Source: a bacterium
GTDB lineage: Bacteria; CLD3; SB21
Assembly (NCBI GenBank): GCA_013360215.1
Contig: JABWCP010000012.1
Span: forward strand, 1 to 64,000
Direction: 5' to 3'
Length of the DNA stretch: 64,000 bases
Both the position numbers and the translations under genes were made by a program. Below the pieces are notes generated by a model, which was not told the origin of the DNA, searched no databases, and was given only the letters and a program-made list of their open reading frames with translations. Positions 29,560 through 38,248 of this stretch are shown here, piece after piece. Each line of letters opens with the position of its first letter. The stretch's first letter is position 1.

Positions 29560-32364
29560 TTATAATGCTTTTATCACAACGACCGTCTCGTCATCGTGCT
29601 GCATGGCTTCACCGGTAAACGAATGCACATCATCAATGATCCGATGCACCAACATCTCCGCTGAGGAATCCGGTTTTTCATCAATTAGTTTCAATAACCG
29701 CTCTTCACCGTATTCATGACGATGAATATTGTGCGCTTCGATCACGCCATCCGTTACAAAAACAAAGACATCCCCTGGTGCATAAGCGAATTCTTTCTCT
29801 TCCAGATTTTCCTCAAATGTCCCGTCATCGGTTATGCCCAATCCTACTCCTAGCGGCGTAATAAGCTCCACCTTGCGTTGGGATGCATTGTAACAATACA
29901 ACGGTAAGTGCCCTGCACGTGCGAGACGAATTTTTTTCTCTTCCAATAGAAACGTTGCACCGATCGAAGTGACAAATGATTTTTTCTCCAGATCACGACA
30001 TAAAATACGATTGGAACGAATAAACAATTCGCGCGGTGTCAGATCAAAGCTGTTGAGCGAATGAATAATACCCTGCACCTTGGACATATATAACGCCGCT
30101 GACGTGCCTTTGCCGCTCACATCGCCTACGATAACAGTAAACTTATCCGGTTTACCGTTGAGATAATCGAAATAATCACCGCCCACCTCGAGCGCCGGTA
30201 CCGAGCGCCCTGCGATTTCCAAACCTCTCACGTTCGGTGTTTTTTGAGGCAATGACTCCAACTGAATGCGACGGGCGATATTCAGCTCATGCTTCAAACG
30301 ATCTTGCTCGGCAAGATTCTCATACAAAAAGGCATTCTCGATCGCAACCGAAGCTTGTTTGGCGACCGTCGTCAAAAACATAAGATCATCATGATCAAAC
30401 GGCGATTCCGACATGCGTTCCCCGACGATAATCGCGCCGACAGTGTGCTCTTTTGAGCGAATCGGTATCACAAAACGAAAACCGCATTGGCGCAATTCGT
30501 TGCGCAGCGGTCCCGGTAAATTATCCACATTGATCGTAGCTGTTGACGTATTGGCACGCACAGCCGCCATAAGAGGTTGATCCGACTTCGAGCATAACGC
30601 CTGCCACGCGCCGGATTCATACCCATATACTTCACTGCAACACAACGATTTTTCATCCCGATAAAAAACGACGCCGGCCATTTTGAGATGCATGAGCGAA
30701 GCTAATTTTTCAACCATTCCGCGCGCCAAATCATTCATATTAAGATTGGTCGCCATCACCTCCGCAAGCTCTGCCGCCGCACGCCGGTAGTCGTGATGGG
30801 ATCGGTGAAATTTATAATCGATCCAACGTTGGCCCCATGATCGCAGGCGTACCCAAACAAACGTCATCAAAACAGCTAATAGTATCAGAACGACTTTAAG
30901 AATTTGCATGCGTTCATCCGCACTTACAGGTACATCCGTAATTTCGACAGAAGATTCCGTAAAACGGATATTAGGCAAATCCATATTCGAAGTGACCGCT
31001 ATGACAATCAATTGTACAGCGCCGTACACCACGGTTAAATTCCAAACCAGCGATGCGATTACATATTGCACATTACGACGCACACGGAAGTTTAGCTCCA
31101 TCAAGTGGTATCGTGCGATCGTATAAAGATGCGCGAGAGGGATCAGCGCAAAGAAGAATCCGGCATAACCGAAAAGGTAACCACGTCCTGAATTACCGTC
31201 ACTGAAAAATGTCAGTACATAACCCAAAACAGCGCATGCGAAAGCAATCCAACCGCTCAGACGCGAAACCGAACGATATGAGGATGAAAAATACGACTTG
31301 TAACGCAATCGGATAAATATATAATACACCATCATCGCAATACCGCTTACAAACGCGGCAAACGCTTGTTGGTAAACTACAATTCCGATAAACGTTATCG
31401 CCGATATGCCATAGGGTACGATGGCTACCCATTTTTTCTGAATTAATTCCTGAACGGAAAACGGAAAATATAATCGGCTGTGCATCAGCATGGCCATACC
31501 AAGTACGAGGCTCCACCATCGCACATTGGTCACAAATACTCCGAATGGTGTAGTACTCAAGGATCCCCGCTCACCTAAAAGCGACAACATCATTCCGATA
31601 AGAAAAAAAGCCATTCCCAAAAGCACTGCCGCTGTGGTATCCGCGCGTTTGTAAACCAAAAATGATCCTACTAATATATACACGAGACCGGCGCCATAAA
31701 TCACCAACAGAAAAAATGGTATGCCAAACTTGGCCAGCGTAACATCCAAGGTAATGATTTGGTTGTCGCGCAAAATATCGTAAGCAATGGTCTTACCGAT
31801 TTGTCCGGATGACAGAATTCGATCCGCTTCGATCGCCGATTTGAATGTTCGCCCGTTGATACGAACAATCAAATCACCGACCAACATGCCCGCGCGATCG
31901 GAAGCGCCGTTGTGGGCCACTTCACGCACATGCGCCGTAAAAGGAATTTCATGATAAAAACTATCCGGGGCATCTTTCCGGATAAAATTGGCCACGAACA
32001 TCTTGGATGCTTTGGAGCGAAAAACAATGGCGTTGATTTTTTCTTCAGATCCGACGCGTTTCAAAAATCGGGCTATGGAATCCTGATCTTTCCAAAAGAT
32101 ACCGCCGACGGATACGAGCAAGTCGCCTGCATATACGGAATCGCGAATAAATACACCTGTCGTATCGCGTTTTTGATAATAACTGATATCGGCCGGAAAA
32201 CTGCGAAAGATGTATAGCTGAGACGGTGCATCATCAAAAATATTTTCATCTGTCGGAGAAGCGGCAAAACGATAAAAATTGACAACGACTAAGACTACGG
32301 CAGCGATCATAAAGGCTGTCAGAAAAATGCGCCGAAATAGGAGGTGTGTGGGCTTCATGGTCAT
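29560..32364 (-). CDS. Membrane sensor PP2C (SpoIIE/RsbU-type) phosphatase with PDZ, multi-TM and GAF domains
   Basis: ASDRAGMLVGDLIVRING (PDZ); ~9 TMs; GAF ending ENAFLY; ARRIQ, VGGDYFD, VGDVSGKG, RAGH, TDGV, DDET. Confidence 0.88.
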   Translation of the reverse strand: MTMKPTHLLFRRIFLTAFMIAAVVLVVVNFYRFAASPTDENIFDDAPSQLYIFRSFPADISYYQKRDTTGVFIRDSVYAGDLLVSVGGIFWKDQDSIARFLKRVGSEEKINAIVFRSKASKMFVANFIRKDAPDSFYHEIPFTAHVREVAHNGASDRAGMLVGDLIVRINGRTFKSAIEADRILSSGQIGKTIAYDILRDNQIITLDVTLAKFGIPFFLLVIYGAGLVYILVGSFLVYKRADTTAAVLLGMAFFLIGMMLSLLGERGSLSTTPFGVFVTNVRWWSLVLGMAMLMHSRLYFPFSVQELIQKKWVAIVPYGISAITFIGIVVYQQAFAAFVSGIAMMVYYIFIRLRYKSYFSSSYRSVSRLSGWIAFACAVLGYVLTFFSDGNSGRGYLFGYAGFFFALIPLAHLYTIARYHLMELNFRVRRNVQYVIASLVWNLTVVYGAVQLIVIAVTSNMDLPNIRFTESSVEITDVPVSADERMQILKVVLILLAVLMTFVWVRLRSWGQRWIDYKFHRSHHDYRRAAAELAEVMATNLNMNDLARGMVEKLASLMHLKMAGVVFYRDEKSLCCSEVYGYESGAWQALCSKSDQPLMAAVRANTSTATINVDNLPGPLRNELRQCGFRFVIPIRSKEHTVGAIIVGERMSESPFDHDDLMFLTTVAKQASVAIENAFLYENLAEQDRLKHELNIARRIQLESLPQKTPNVRGLEIAGRSVPALEVGGDYFDYLNGKPDKFTVIVGDVSGKGTSAALYMSKVQGIIHSLNSFDLTPRELFIRSNRILCRDLEKKSFVTSIGATFLLEEKKIRLARAGHLPLYCYNASQRKVELITPLGVGLGITDDGTFEENLEEKEFAYAPGDVFVFVTDGVIEAHNIHRHEYGEERLLKLIDEKPDSSAEMLVHRIIDDVHSFTGEAMQHDDETVVVIKAL

Positions 32365-32531
32365 AACTTATGGCTTAGAACGCAATGCTGCAAGCTTCAA
32401 AAAATACTCTAACAAAGGTTACGCGCTATGATAAAAAAAGATTCACTATTTATATGCGCATCCGGTTCATGCCCACTGGAATACGTTCCGATTACCGCCG
32501 CGCAGAACATACTGATACATTACAATTCATT

Positions 32532-33371
32532 CTATCGTATCACATGCATTCCCGATAGCGTCAAAATCAATATGCCGAGAACGATACGATAAACGATAAA
32601 AATCGTCGTCGAACGTGTCTGTAGCCATTTGATCAGAAAAGCAATGGAAGCATATCCGACGATACCGGCGACAAGCGTGGCTACGAAAAGATGAATCAAC
32701 CCTTCGTCACCGAGACCGTATTTAATAAGGTCTTTTAGTTCGAAAAGCCCGCTGGCTAGCACGGCAGGGATCGAAAGTAGAAACGAAAATCGTGCGGCGC
32801 TTTCACGCGTCAAACCTAGAAATAATCCGGCCGTGATCGTCACTCCCGAACGCGATGCGCCCGGTATCAATGCAACAGCCTGCGCAAGCCCGATGATCTG
32901 GGTATCTTTAAAATCCATGTCGGTAATACTACGACGATGCTTGGCCACCACCTCCGCCAATGCTAAGATCACAGCCAGTCCGATCAGACTCCATCCTATG
33001 ATGGTGAGGCTGCGAAAATCGGTTTCAATCGTATCTTTGAAAATAATTCCCAGTATTCCGAGCGGCAAGGTTCCAAGTGCAATAAACCAAGCCATTCGTA
33101 CGTCCTGTCGTAACTCGGCATCCCATTGCGCTTTCTGACTCCATCGTGTCACAGAAAAAAAAGCCGCTTTGATAAGGCGGATAATATCGTTTCTAAAAAA
33201 GATAAGCACCGCCATCAGCGTCCCAAGCTGTGTCACCGCCGTCACGGCGGCGCCGGGATCTGACCAACCCAAAAGCGCCGGCACGATGCGAACATGCGCC
33301 GTACTGCTGATCGGCAAAAATTCAGTAAGTCCTTGTATGATACCGATCACTATCGCTTGAAAAAAATCCAT
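32532..33371 (-). CDS. uppP: Undecaprenyl-diphosphate phosphatase
   Basis: QGLTEFLPISSTAH, PGASRSG, AARFSFLLSIP. Confidence 0.95.
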   Translation of the reverse strand: MDFFQAIVIGIIQGLTEFLPISSTAHVRIVPALLGWSDPGAAVTAVTQLGTLMAVLIFFRNDIIRLIKAAFFSVTRWSQKAQWDAELRQDVRMAWFIALGTLPLGILGIIFKDTIETDFRSLTIIGWSLIGLAVILALAEVVAKHRRSITDMDFKDTQIIGLAQAVALIPGASRSGVTITAGLFLGLTRESAARFSFLLSIPAVLASGLFELKDLIKYGLGDEGLIHLFVATLVAGIVGYASIAFLIKWLQTRSTTIFIVYRIVLGILILTLSGMHVIR

Positions 33372-33398
33372 ACGTTTCCTGAAGTTTAAAGTAACAAT

Positions 33399-33432
33399 AA
33401 AAAAGCCCTACACCAATGATGTAGGGCTTTTT
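33399..33432. terminator. Terminator after mglA (A/T tracts on both sides)
   Basis: AAAAAAGCCCTACA...TGTAGGGCTTTTT. Confidence 0.75.
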
Positions 33433-33449
33433 TCCGCATATCAGAAAAA

Positions 33450-34034
33450 TTATAATTGTGTTTGAACGTTGGCAATCACTTTATTGATGATCGCTTTGAG
33501 TGTGTCAAAAACACCGACACCTTTGATACCGACGGCTTCATAATAAGGTACATTAAAATAATTGAGGCGTTTTTGAAGATTTTCTACTGTATCAACATCC
33601 GGAAGATCGCGCTTATTGTACTGGATCACCCAAGGAAACGAGTCCAGCGAGTGGCCGTCTTCACGCAGATTGTTTTCCAGATCAAGCAAGGTTTCAATAT
33701 TGCCGTCCATACGATGCTTTTGTGAATCGGCAACGAAAACGATACCGTCCACGCCGTTGAGAATAACTTTACGGCTGGAGGCGTAATAAACCTGACCGGG
33801 AACGGTGTATAAATTAAATTTCGGTTTTTTACCTTTGATACGACCGACTTCAAGTTGTAAAAAGTCGAAAAATATCGTACGATCTTCTTTGGTTTTAAGC
33901 GATACGAGTTCGCCGGCCAGCGAGGGATCCATTTTGGAATGGATGTATTCCAAATTGGTCGTCTTGCCGCTCATACCGGGGCCGTAGTACACTATCTTCA
34001 GATTGATCTCTTGTAATGCCCAGTTGATAAACAT
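33450..34034 (-). CDS. mglA: MglA-family small GTPase
   Basis: KIVYYGPGMSGKTTN, RTIFFDF, YTVPGQVYY, NKRD; closely resembles Myxococcus MglA. Confidence 0.93.
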   Translation of the reverse strand: MFINWALQEINLKIVYYGPGMSGKTTNLEYIHSKMDPSLAGELVSLKTKEDRTIFFDFLQLEVGRIKGKKPKFNLYTVPGQVYYASSRKVILNGVDGIVFVADSQKHRMDGNIETLLDLENNLREDGHSLDSFPWVIQYNKRDLPDVDTVENLQKRLNYFNVPYYEAVGIKGVGVFDTLKAIINKVIANVQTQL

Positions 34035-34084
34035 TCGTATCCTCTCTAAGGTTTTATGGTTGAATCAGCAGACCGGATAATCCG

Positions 34085-34600
34085 TTATTTAAACGATTCG
34101 TCGAGTGCATCCCCGAGGAGCGAACCGAATTCGGAGTCAATCAGGTCTTTTGCGGAATCATCGCTGGAATTGGAAGAATCTTCAAAAATTTCAATCAGAT
34201 TCTGGATGGCTTTTTTCGTGTAAATACGAATGAGGCCGAGCGTTACGCTGGTATCAAACACGACGACGAGGAAAAAATTGTCGCCGACATTGGAAAGATA
34301 AACATTGCGTTTTTCACCCTCGTGAAAAAGCAATTTGAACTTAGCGTCTTCGCCGACAAGTTTGGCCATTTCCGCCGTCGCTGCAAAATCCGATGCAGCT
34401 AACGCCGAAAGCACTGTCGTGTTCATTTTGTCCGTATTGCCGCGCTGGCTGATGAGCTGGCCGCTCATATCCGCAAAAAGAATCGCCGAAGCTTTCGTTT
34501 TCGACGCCAGCTCAGACAAAACTTTGGTAACGCCCTCAAATTGTTTCCCGTTGAGAATAATTTGCTTGCTACCGTCTTTCAATTTTTTCGTCTGCAACAT
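34085..34600 (-). CDS. mglB: MglB roadblock/LC7 protein
   Basis: FADMSGQLI, LSALAASDFAATAEMAKLVGE, LFHEGEK, TLGLIR; acidic C-terminal helix. Confidence 0.9.
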   Translation of the reverse strand: MLQTKKLKDGSKQIILNGKQFEGVTKVLSELASKTKASAILFADMSGQLISQRGNTDKMNTTVLSALAASDFAATAEMAKLVGEDAKFKLLFHEGEKRNVYLSNVGDNFFLVVVFDTSVTLGLIRIYTKKAIQNLIEIFEDSSNSSDDSAKDLIDSEFGSLLGDALDESFK

Positions 34601-34735
34601 AGCGGTTACCCTTTGCTCTGGTTATGGTAATCTTAAAAGAATAATCAAAATTGGATCTTGATAAGCGGACGTGCATCGCATTACGGATTAACAACCGTAA
34701 CCTATGGAATTTTCGTCCTTTAGTCAAATAATTTT

Positions 34736-35482
34736 TTAACCGGCCTTTTTCTTTCGCAAACGTTCGATAGCCGCTTTCAACGATTCACGCAAACGCTCAA
34801 TCGCATCCGCCAAATCACCGATTTCATCGGTCGCTTCGACGCGCACGATGGATTCCAGATCGCCTTTACTGATCTGCTCGGCCGATTCCGTCAGATACAA
34901 TAGCTGTTTGGTAAGCGCGTTCGAAAGATACAACGCGACGATCATACCGAAAACCACGGCCAGAGCGAGTACGCCGCCCACTAAAAGCGCCGTAGCACGG
35001 ATCGTGTCATCAATAAATTTTCCGGACATTCCGACGTGTGCATTGCCCAACGTACCGGCGCCGATCGGTGTGGAAATTTCGTAGGTTTCTGTATTTTCGA
35101 CTTGTGTCAAGTCAATCTTATAATCACCGCCGCCGTCAATCACGGCCGCTTCTACCATCGTGCGTTGATTGTACGAACCGACTTTAAATTTCTGTGCAAC
35201 CACTTTATTTTCTTTGTCGGAAATATACACGTAAGATACGGCGGTAAAACCGGAAGCTATATCCACGAGATTCTGGATGTCCACTTCATCATCGCCGACC
35301 AGCGGACGTTCCACCTGTTTGGACAGTGTGGTCACGATCGCTTTGCCGCGCTCTGTCAGTTCGGACTGCAGTGAACCCGACACCAACTGTACCACAAGAA
35401 TGGTAATCGTGATACCGGCAATCAACGCACCGCTCACGATCACGAGCGGCACTTTCCATTTTAGGCTTAGTCCTTTGGCCAT
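34736..35482 (-). CDS. Two-TM sensor with periplasmic (Cache-like) domain and HAMP, no output domain
   Basis: TM1, ~130-aa periplasmic region, TM2, HAMP (LTESAEQISKGDL...DEIGDLADAIERLR), short basic tail. Confidence 0.85.
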   Translation of the reverse strand: MAKGLSLKWKVPLVIVSGALIAGITITILVVQLVSGSLQSELTERGKAIVTTLSKQVERPLVGDDEVDIQNLVDIASGFTAVSYVYISDKENKVVAQKFKVGSYNQRTMVEAAVIDGGGDYKIDLTQVENTETYEISTPIGAGTLGNAHVGMSGKFIDDTIRATALLVGGVLALAVVFGMIVALYLSNALTKQLLYLTESAEQISKGDLESIVRVEATDEIGDLADAIERLRESLKAAIERLRKKKAG

Positions 35483-35492
35483 AATCGTCCGA

Positions 35493-36296
35493 TCACAATG
35501 TACGGATTTGTTTGAGCATCAGTTGTTTAAAGGCCAATTGTTTGGCCGGATCGTAGATCTCATTGGCGATCGCCTCCACCAACGGCGGCACTTTGTCTTT
35601 GGGAAACGTTCTCTGATCTTCGCCAAACGTCTCAACCACGTCGTCGATAATGATCGAGGCCACCGGCCCGATCAATTGAATCAATTCATTTTCCAGGTTC
35701 TTGAAAAATGCAGAGGATACGTTTTGTTTATCGGCCGACGCTGTAGCGCCTGAAACTGCCGTGATCAACCCGGCTTCGGCCAGCATGTATACGATCCCCG
35801 CCACATCCATATCTTTCATACCAAGACGCGAGGATAACTCATCCACGGAATATTCGTCTTTTTCTAAGAGATGTAGCAATTCCCAGTCTTTAGCTTTAAG
35901 ACGAATGGTCGGCGAAGGTTCATTATCTGTTTTACGAAATTTGACGCGGAACGAAGGTATGTGGCGTGCAATTTTTTGCCAGGCTTCATACTCTAACGTC
36001 GCTTCCGTGATGAGCTTGCCTGTTTCCTTATCAATGCTTTTCTGAAGCGACGCCACATCCGGTTCAAATGAAAACTTACCGCTGGTCCAGAGTATCAACT
36101 CGTGGAAGGCGGGTTCGCCGAGATAGGTATCGCACACGGCATGGACGATACGCTTATTGGCCAGATAAATTTCCCCATTTTCGCGTTGATCGCCGCGCTC
36201 CAGCAAAATGCGTCCTGTACGGTCACCTGCGACCAATAACTTGACGATGCTCAGCACGTCAACGTGAGATAAATTTCCGGAGAGAACGGTTGCCAT
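35493..36296 (-). CDS. DUF4388 (PATAN-like) protein with central winged-helix-like segment and helical C-terminal domain
   Basis: LSGNLS...RTGRI...GEIYL....VHA...GEPAF..LILWTSGKFSF; SVDELSSRLGM...IVYMLAEAGLI. Confidence 0.78.
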   Translation of the reverse strand: MATVLSGNLSHVDVLSIVKLLVAGDRTGRILLERGDQRENGEIYLANKRIVHAVCDTYLGEPAFHELILWTSGKFSFEPDVASLQKSIDKETGKLITEATLEYEAWQKIARHIPSFRVKFRKTDNEPSPTIRLKAKDWELLHLLEKDEYSVDELSSRLGMKDMDVAGIVYMLAEAGLITAVSGATASADKQNVSSAFFKNLENELIQLIGPVASIIIDDVVETFGEDQRTFPKDKVPPLVEAIANEIYDPAKQLAFKQLMLKQIRTL

Positions 36297-36318
36297 GGAT
36301 CAGGCCCGCACGTGTTGG

Positions 36319-36756
36319 TTAATTGACAACTTCGACCAGTGCCCAGCTTTCCGCATCCATATTGCTCCGCACCAGAAAACTGCGGCGGGACGCTTCAACT
36401 TTACTGAGTCTTTTTTGAAATTTTTTATCGGCTTCCAGATCCGCCAGCGCCACATTGACCGTGAGGCGCAGCATCGCCACGCTCACATTGGGCTGACACA
36501 GAATGATCAAGTTAAAATTACTCATCGGATAGGCGATGACGCGCCCATTATCGTATTTGAGATCGTATTCATGCAGCGGCGTGGAGAGGCGATCAAACAT
36601 GGCCGCCACCTGGATCACATCGCGCGCGATTTCCACATACGTCGCTTCGTCAAAACCTTGCGGCATATTGGCATACACCGTTTCGCCGTCATTAAAATAA
36701 ATAAATGAGGTTTTGACACCGTTGACGCTATTGATTTCTTCGAGTTTGTCTTTCAT
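36319..36756 (-). CDS. Roadblock/LC7-like protein
   Basis: LEEINSVNGV..SFI...DGE, LIILC.PNVSVAMLRL pattern. Confidence 0.65.
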   Translation of the reverse strand: MKDKLEEINSVNGVKTSFIYFNDGETVYANMPQGFDEATYVEIARDVIQVAAMFDRLSTPLHEYDLKYDNGRVIAYPMSNFNLIILCQPNVSVAMLRLTVNVALADLEADKKFQKRLSKVEASRRSFLVRSNMDAESWALVEVVN

Positions 36757-36777
36757 AATCCTGTCCGTGGAAAACGC

Positions 36778-37440
36778 TTATTCGGAAACTTTTTGAATAC
36801 CGGGCGCTTTTTCTATTGCCTGCTCGATCAGATCCGCTGCCGCTTTTTGTTCTACGGTCAGCGTGATAATATCGTCATGCCACTTGGAAATAATTTTTCG
36901 ATCATTTTTGCCCGTTACGATGCCAAACTTATACGTGCCTGATTTGGAAGCACGGCCTATCTTAGCCAGTTTGCGCATTATAAAACCCATACCGGCAGAG
37001 GTGCGTTTTCCGTTGGCAATGCCGTCTTCCATCAGAATCTCGCCCTGCGGTGACGATACCAGCACCGCGTTTACGCCGTTGATGGTTTTGATGTCACGGG
37101 TAAACTTGGCCATGGCTTCGCCTTTGGCTTCTAAGGCTTCATCAATCAGGCGAAGGCCTTCCATCATCAGATTGCCCCACGGTGCATTGATCGTACGCTT
37201 CGGTGAAGCAACACCGTTTTCGACTTTAAAAGGGCCTTCTTTGATAGCTAATATTTTATACACGGCATCTTCACCTTCTACAGCACCAAATGTCGCGTGT
37301 ACGATATTACCTTCCGCAAAATAAATACGTCCGACCGCATTGCGTAATTCGACCGTAAACATCGCTTCGTTCTTTTCCATACAGTTCAGTTGAACGATGT
37401 TGGTCAATTTGAGATCTCTTAGATTTCCTACAAGCGCCAC
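36778..37440 (-). CDS. DUF4388 + roadblock/LC7 fusion protein
   Basis: LVGNLRDLKL, GRIYFAEGNIVHA, GEDAVYKIL, LMMEGLRLIDE; then IKTINGVNAVLVSSPQGEIL. Confidence 0.78.
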   Translation of the reverse strand: MALVGNLRDLKLTNIVQLNCMEKNEAMFTVELRNAVGRIYFAEGNIVHATFGAVEGEDAVYKILAIKEGPFKVENGVASPKRTINAPWGNLMMEGLRLIDEALEAKGEAMAKFTRDIKTINGVNAVLVSSPQGEILMEDGIANGKRTSAGMGFIMRKLAKIGRASKSGTYKFGIVTGKNDRKIISKWHDDIITLTVEQKAAADLIEQAIEKAPGIQKVSE

Positions 37441-37457
37441 GTCAATACCCTTTATTC

Positions 37458-37832
37458 TTATTTCAACGCTTCGGCAATTACGCTTTTCATCATCTTGATT
37501 TCAAACGGTTTTTCGATATAGCGGTATGCGCCAAAACTCAGCGCTTCCTCTTTTTTTTCATCCGAACCGTATGCCGTCATGATAATCACATGCGTCTGCG
37601 GGCGTTCTTTTTTTACGCGTTTGAGCAATTCGATCCCGCTGATGCCGGGCATGGTAATATCCGTCAATATCAGATCAAACGGATGTTCGGCAAATTTTTC
37701 CCACGCTTCGGTACCGGAGGAAGCTGTCACGACTTCGTAATTTTCTTTAGATATGATAAAACTCTGGTAGAGACTAAACGTAAGCGTCTCTTCGTCATCT
37801 ACAATCAAAATTCGCTTTAAAGTACCCGACAT
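37458..37832 (-). CDS. Single-domain response regulator (receiver only)
   Basis: ILIVDDE, DLILTDITMPG, IMTAY, YIEKPF. Confidence 0.93.
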   Translation of the reverse strand: MSGTLKRILIVDDEETLTFSLYQSFIISKENYEVVTASSGTEAWEKFAEHPFDLILTDITMPGISGIELLKRVKKERPQTHVIIMTAYGSDEKKEEALSFGAYRYIEKPFEIKMMKSVIAEALK

Positions 37833-38038
37833 AAGGCCTCAGATTGCCATTGAAAAAAACATTTGTTTTAATAATTACAAAACCGAACTGCATCGGTTTA
37901 ACAGACACCATACGCTTAATAATTTGAAATTTTATGTTTGTGACCGATGATTGGAATCTTTACTGCAATGAATTGCGTAATGATTATTCGGGTATTCTTT
38001 CAGACTTTCAAATTACAAGATAAATTAAATAGCGGGGA

Positions 38039-38068
38039 AATATATGAAAAGCGAATGGAGATTGTCAA
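38039..38068 (-). promoter_or_regulatory. sigma70-type promoter TTGACA-N18-TATATT for the receiver/mgl cluster
   Basis: Consensus -35 on the minus strand about 200 bp upstream of the receiver gene. Confidence 0.45.
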
Positions 38069-38248
38069 TTGAAAAGATATGCTTCGTGAAGAATTTTCAA
38101 GACTTTAGCATCGTTTTAAGACAAAGAAACTCCTTTACTTTTTATTTTTAGCTGTGTATTTTCCCAAAATTTTGATATACCTGACTTATATTGGTTGTAT
38201 ATAGTTTCGGGTATCGTTGAGGGTGTCATCCAATAACCGGAGCAGGGC

